Source: Hydrurus foetidus (taxonomy: Eukaryota). Taken from it: 64,000 nucleotides of DNA. Where the stretch lies: positions 3,968,001 to 4,032,000 of the forward strand of contig UYFQ01000001.1 of NCBI GenBank assembly GCA_900617105.1, in the 5' to 3' direction. Below are positions 59,131 to 64,000 of this stretch, one piece after another; the stretch's first letter is position 1; each line of letters opens with the position of its first letter. The translations under genes were made by a program, and so were the position numbers. The notes beneath the pieces were generated by a model. It searched no databases. It saw nothing but the letters and a program-made list of their open reading frames with translations, and was not told where the DNA came from.

Positions 59131-62100
59131 CTATTCACCGCTCGCCAAAGCAGGGGCGGCGGACGCTTTGGCGACGAATCTACGTTTGAACCATTGAGCC
59201 AGATCGTCCATAAAGCAATAGGTAACGGGAACGACAACCAACGTCAGCAATGACGAGGTCAACACGCCGCCAATCACGGCCTGGCCCATAGGCGCGCGTT
59301 GCTCTGAGCCTTCAGTCAGGGCAAACGCCAGTGGGATCATGCCAAAAATCATGGCCAGTGTGGTCATCAAAATTGGGCGTAGCCGCACTTTGGCGGCCAC
59401 AAGCAAAGCCTCATTGCGCGCCATGCCGGGGACGTGGTGGCCTTGCGCGTCCAGCGTGGGCTCGCGCATTCGAATCGCAAAGTCCACCAGCAAAATGGCG
59501 TTTTTAGTGACCAGGCCCATCAGCATGACGACGCCAATCACTGAAAACATCGACAGCGTTGAGCCGAACATCAGCAGCGCCAACACCACGCCAATCAGCG
59601 TCAGCGGCAAAGACGTCATGAGCGCCAGTGGCTGCAAAAAGCTCTTGAACTGACTGGCCAAAATCATGTAAATAAACAAAATGGCCAGCACCAGCGCGGA
59701 TATAGCGTAGCCAAAAGATTCCGCCATGTTTTTGGTAGAGCCGCCAAACTTGTAGCTGTAGCCCGGTGGAAAGCTGATGGTGCCCAGCGCGGTTTTAATG
59801 TCGTTGGACACCTCACCAGCTGAACGGTTTTGCACGTTGCCATTAATCGCGACTTCGCGGGCCAGGTCGCGGCGATTGATCTGGTTTGGCCCGGTGGTTT
59901 CCTTAATGCTGGCCACTTGGCCAAGCCTGACGACGCGGGTTGATCCATCGGCGTTGGCGCCCATGGCAGCGCTGGTAAACGGCAGCCGCGCAAGGTCAGC
60001 CGGTGCGTTGCGGGCTTCAGGAGCCAGGCGAACATTAACGTCGTAAGTCTGGTCGTCAGGTGCGCGCCAGTTACCCACGGTTTGCCCGGCCACCAGCGTG
60101 CGCAAAGCATTGGCAATGCTGGACACCGACAAACCCAAATCGCTAGCGGCGTCGGTGCGTACATCGATTTGAATTACCGGCTTGTCAGCTTTGATGCTGG
60201 AGTCCATGTCGACCAATCCAGGCGTGGTGCGAATTTTGTCTTGCACCACGCGGGTCAGTCGCTCAAGCTCTTTTAAGTCTGGCCCTTGCAATGAAAACTC
60301 CACCTGCTTGTTGCCGCCTACCGAGTCGGTCAGACCAACGTGGGTAACGGTTATGCCTTGCACTTGGGCAAGGCGTTGGCGCAGCACGCTAGACAAGTCA
60401 TCCACGCTGCGGGCTCTGGCTTTGCGGTCGACCAGACGCACATACACGTTGGCGTAAATTTTGCCTTGGGCGTTGCCGGTGTTGATGGTGGCCAGCGTGT
60501 AACGCACCTCAGGAAATTCGCGCACGATGGTTTCGACCTGACGCGCCTTGGCTTCAGTGGCTTCAAGCGAGGAGCCTACCGGCGTGTAAAAGGTTAGCGA
60601 CGTTTCCGAGAAGTCTGCTTTTGGCACAAACTCGGTGCCCAGCAGGGGCACCATAAAAATACTGGCAACAAAAATGGCCACAGCGACCAGCAGTGTTTTG
60701 ATTTTATGAACCAGCGCCCAGCCCAAAATAACCTGGTAGCAGTTACTCAGTGATTCACTGGCGCGGTCAAACCAGCCGGTTACCCGGCCAATGGTTTTGT
60801 CATACAGGGTGACTGGCGGGCCGCGCTTGCCGTCGGTATTGATCGCCGGGTCGTGCCAGATGCTCGACAGCATAGGGTCAAGCGTAAAGCTCACAAACAT
60901 CGAGATCAACACCGCCGCCACGATGGTGATGCCGAACTCGTGAAAAAACTTGCCAATGATGCCGCCCATAAAACCAATGGGCAAAAACACCGCCACGATA
61001 GAAAACGTGGTGGCCAGTACCGCCAGGCCAATTTCGCGTGTGCCGTCCATCGACGCTTGGTAGGGCGCCTTGCCCATTTGTACGTGCCGCACAATGTTTT
61101 CGCGCACCACAATCGCGTCGTCAATCAACAGGCCTACACACAGCGACAGCGCCATTAGCGTGATCATGTTGATGGTAAAACCAAACAGGTTCATGAACAA
61201 AAACGTACCGATGATCGAGATCGGCAGCGTCAGGCCGGTAATCACGGTGGAGCGCCAAGAGTTCAAAAATAAAAACACAATCAGCACGGTGAGTAGCGCG
61301 CCTTCAATCAGCGTGCGGCGCACGTTTTCAACCCCGACCCGAATCGGGCGTGAGCCGTCTGTGACCAGCTCCAGCTTCAAGCCTGCAGGCAGGCTGGGCG
61401 TGATGTCGACGATGGCTTTGTTCAAACTGTCGACCACCGCAATCGTGTTTTCAGCTTGCGCTTTTTGCACCGATAGCAGCAGCGTGCGCTGGCCGTTGTA
61501 AAGCGCCAGGCTGTCGACCTCTTGTGCGCCGTCGCTGACACGGGCCACTTGGTCCAGCGTAATGGCCGCGCCGTTGCCGCTTGCGCCCGCTTTTCTGGCA
61601 ACGATGATGTTGCCAAAGTCTTCGGGGCGCTTGATGCGCGCATCAATTTTGACAACCCGCTCTTGCGTGAGCGATCTGATTGCGCCAATTGGCAGGTCCT
61701 GGTTTTCACTGCGCACGGCGTTCACCACTTGCTCAGCCGTTACTCCAAGTGATTCCATGGCTTGCGGGTTCAAGTACAAGTTGATTTCCCGACGCGTACC
61801 GCCAACCAGCGTTACGGCCCCTGCACCACGCACGTTTTCAAGCCGCTTTTTGAGGACCTGGTCGGCCCAGTTGGTCAGCTCAACTGCAGACATGACGGAT
61901 TTCTCGTCTTTAGGCACCACCGCCACCGACCAAATCGCGCGGCTGGCTGGGTCAAAGCGCAACACGCGCGGCTCTTTGACTTCAGCGCGAAACAGCGGCC
62001 GTATCACGCCGAGTTTTTCGCGCACGTCTTCAGCGGCTTTGCGGCCGTCTACGTACAACTGAAATTCAATGATGACAACCGCTTGGCCTTCGTAGCTGCG

Positions 62101-62346
62101 CGACGTCAGGGCGCTAACGCCAGCAATAGAGTTGACGCCTTCTTCAATTTTTTTGGTGACTTCGCTCTCAACGATTTCAGGCGAGGCGCCGGGGTATTCA
62201 GCGGTAATCACCACGACTGGCAAGTCAATATTGGGGAACTGGTCAACCTGCATGCGCTGATACGAAAACAGCCCCAGCACCACAATGGCCAGCATCACCA
62301 TGGTGGCGAAAACTGGATTTTTTAAGCTGACTTGTGTGAACCACAT
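59131..62346 (-). CDS. RND efflux permease (AcrB/AcrD/AcrF family)
   Basis: [29 protein letters not shown]. Confidence 0.95.
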   Translation of the reverse strand: MWFTQVSLKNPVFATMVMLAIVVLGLFSYQRMQVDQFPNIDLPVVVITAEYPGASPEIVESEVTKKIEEGVNSIAGVSALTSRSYEGQAVVIIEFQLYVDGRKAAEDVREKLGVIRPLFRAEVKEPRVLRFDPASRAIWSVAVVPKDEKSVMSAVELTNWADQVLKKRLENVRGAGAVTLVGGTRREINLYLNPQAMESLGVTAEQVVNAVRSENQDLPIGAIRSLTQERVVKIDARIKRPEDFGNIIVARKAGASGNGAAITLDQVARVSDGAQEVDSLALYNGQRTLLLSVQKAQAENTIAVVDSLNKAIVDITPSLPAGLKLELVTDGSRPIRVGVENVRRTLIEGALLTVLIVFLFLNSWRSTVITGLTLPISIIGTFLFMNLFGFTINMITLMALSLCVGLLIDDAIVVRENIVRHVQMGKAPYQASMDGTREIGLAVLATTFSIVAVFLPIGFMGGIIGKFFHEFGITIVAAVLISMFVSFTLDPMLSSIWHDPAINTDGKRGPPVTLYDKTIGRVTGWFDRASESLSNCYQVILGWALVHKIKTLLVAVAIFVASIFMVPLLGTEFVPKADFSETSLTFYTPVGSSLEATEAKARQVETIVREFPEVRYTLATINTGNAQGKIYANVYVRLVDRKARARSVDDLSSVLRQRLAQVQGITVTHVGLTDSVGGNKQVEFSLQGPDLKELERLTRVVQDKIRTTPGLVDMDSSIKADKPVIQIDVRTDAASDLGLSVSSIANALRTLVAGQTVGNWRAPDDQTYDVNVRLAPEARNAPADLARLPFTSAAMGANADGSTRVVRLGQVASIKETTGPNQINRRDLAREVAINGNVQNRSAGEVSNDIKTALGTISFPPGYSYKFGGSTKNMAESFGYAISALVLAILFIYMILASQFKSFLQPLALMTSLPLTLIGVVLALLMFGSTLSMFSVIGVVMLMGLVTKNAILLVDFAIRMREPTLDAQGHHVPGMARNEALLVAAKVRLRPILMTTLAMIFGMIPLAFALTEGSEQRAPMGQAVIGGVLTSSLLTLVVVPVTYCFMDDLAQWFKRRFVAKASAAPALASGE

Positions 62347-62414
62347 ACTGAATTGCCTGGTAACGAAACGGGTAACTGAACTGGGGCCTGAGCGCGGTAA
62401 TTAATCGGTGCCAA

Positions 62415-63620
62415 TCAAGGCGCTTTGGCGCTCGATGCTGCCGAGGCCGACGCTGACGCTGACGCGCCGCCCACCAACGTGAATCGAACTGGCGTGCCTT
62501 CCCGCAACGCGCCTACATTGGCCCGAATAACCTGCGCCCCTTCGGCCAGGCCGGTTACGGCCACCATGGCTTCGCCGTTGGCGCTGCCGCGCGCGCCTAA
62601 AACAACGGGTTTAATCACCACGCGGCCGTCTTCAACGGCTTGCACATAGGGCGCGGGTCGGTCGATGCGCACCGCACTTAAAGGCAGCGCCAGCAAGGTT
62701 TGTTTAGACAAGCCCAGCACGCCTTGCGCAAACAGGCCCTGGCGCAGCGGCTGCGCGCCAGACGGCGCACTGTTGTCGATGCTCAAGTAAACCAGCACGC
62801 CCCGGCTGCCCGCTTGCGCGCTAGGGTTGATGCGCGCAATTTTTGCGGCAATGCTCTGACTCAAACCTTCGACTTGCAATTGCGCGGATTGGCCGACCTG
62901 CGCCTGGCTGGCTTCAAGCGCGCTCAGCGTTGCGTCCAGCTCCAGGCGACTCAGGTCCACAATTTCAACGATGCGGGTGTCCACGCTGACGCGTTCGCCG
63001 TTTTGCGCCATGCGCTGGGCAACCTGGCCTGAAATGGGGGCGCGCAAGGCGGCGTCAGCTGCCGATTTGGCGGCAACATCGGTCGCTGATTTCGCGGCGT
63101 TGTAGGTGGACTGCGCTGCATTTAAATTAGCCAGCGAGGTATCAAGCGCAGTTTTTGAAATAAAACCCTGGTCAACGAGTGCCTTGTTGTTGTCAAACTG
63201 GCGCTGGACTACGTCGACCTGCGCTTTGGCCGACTGGGCTTGCTCGCGCGCTTGATTCACGCGCAGTTGCAACTCGCTGGCCTCAACCCGGCCCAGCACT
63301 TGCCCGGCTTCGACCACGTCACCTTCACGCACCAGCAGCCCCTGCAGCTCACCCGGCACGCGGGCTTTAACCACCGCTGAGTTAACCGCGCGCAGCGCAC
63401 CCGACACCGCTACGCCTTGGCTAATTTCTATGGTCTGCGCTTTAACGATGTCAGTCGCCGCCAGCTCCGCTGCGCTTTGATTTTTTTCGGTGGTTTGGGC
63501 ATCGAGCGCTTTTTGCGTGGCTTGCCGAGCCAGCAGAGTTCGCGCGGCAACCATCCCGACCAGCACCACGACTGCCAGTGCAACGACCCATTTAATAACA
63601 GTTTTCTTAGCTAAGCGCAT
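62415..63620 (-). CDS. RND periplasmic adaptor (membrane fusion protein)
   Basis: N-terminal TM, VREGDVV..GQVL, LRAPISG; start uncertain (63620 or 63719). Confidence 0.9.
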   Translation of the reverse strand: MRLAKKTVIKWVVALAVVVLVGMVAARTLLARQATQKALDAQTTEKNQSAAELAATDIVKAQTIEISQGVAVSGALRAVNSAVVKARVPGELQGLLVREGDVVEAGQVLGRVEASELQLRVNQAREQAQSAKAQVDVVQRQFDNNKALVDQGFISKTALDTSLANLNAAQSTYNAAKSATDVAAKSAADAALRAPISGQVAQRMAQNGERVSVDTRIVEIVDLSRLELDATLSALEASQAQVGQSAQLQVEGLSQSIAAKIARINPSAQAGSRGVLVYLSIDNSAPSGAQPLRQGLFAQGVLGLSKQTLLALPLSAVRIDRPAPYVQAVEDGRVVIKPVVLGARGSANGEAMVAVTGLAEGAQVIRANVGALREGTPVRFTLVGGASASASASAASSAKAP

Positions 63621-64000
63621 GCGTCGGTGGTCCAGTAAGGTTGTGCTTTTGAGTAGGTTCAGCGGCCAGGCCGCGCAAGATGGTGCCCAGCAGCGTGGCA
63701 ATGTATTTTTTGGGGTCAAGCTCGAACTTGCTGCTGGTGCAAACGCCGTCAGAGTGTTTGGCCAGCATTAAAAAAATCATGGGTGCTACCACGCAGTACA
63801 CCCCGTAGTCGAGGTCCATGGCGCGAAACTCGCCCCGGTCAATGCCGCGCTGCAAAATGCGGCGAATCAGCGTTTGCCCGGGCTCCACCACTTGTTGCTG
63901 GTAAAACAGCGCAATGTCGGGGAAGTTTTTGGCCTCGCTCATCATGAGCTTGGGTATGCCCGATGCCTTGCTGGCGCCCACCGAGTCCCACCAGGAGTGC
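63607..64000 (-). CDS. TetR/AcrR family regulator, C-terminal part (5' end outside window)
   Basis: KLMMSEA.NFP, RGIDRGEFR; position upstream of MFP-RND. Confidence 0.75.
   Translation of the reverse strand, partial: HSWWDSVGASKASGIPKLMMSEAKNFPDIALFYQQQVVEPGQTLIRRILQRGIDRGEFRAMDLDYGVYCVVAPMIFLMLAKHSDGVCTSSKFELDPKKYIATLLGTILRGLAAEPTQKHNLTGPPTHALS

Overview
This is a 64-kb chromosomal window, most likely from a Comamonadaceae betaproteobacterium (Polaromonas/Rhodoferax-like, inferred from gene content and order). It is mostly housekeeping: rhlE-like helicase, apaH, fbp, pepN, frameshifted prfB, a fatty-acid ABC/acyl-CoA ligase/beta-oxidation cluster, plsY, yajQ, murB, argG, an ECF sigma/anti-sigma pair, mmsA-acd-mmsB, folC-dedD-cvpA-purF-metZ-gltX, four tRNAs, ada-alkA/ogt, pmm-waaC-waaA, tolC-rhodanese-pcm and an RND efflux operon. 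The main unexplained signal is a ~53-bp AT-rich interspersed repeat (approximate consensus GCTAYWAAWWWARKAGCTGCTCGCGCCCGTATTTATTGGGCTASAGSCYTAWW), of which I found 16 copies by eye. Nine are intergenic. Seven lie in frame inside protein-coding genes (pepN, dedD, ada-alkA, waaC, waaA clearly; folC and a second waaA site degenerate), in both orientations. All three antisense coding copies have lost a stop codon that 7 of 9 intergenic copies carry. The window also contains a decayed RHS toxin C-terminus/immunity island bracketed by copies of this repeat, and several 10-bp tandem duplications running over stop codons. All calls come from reading the sequence; no searches were run.
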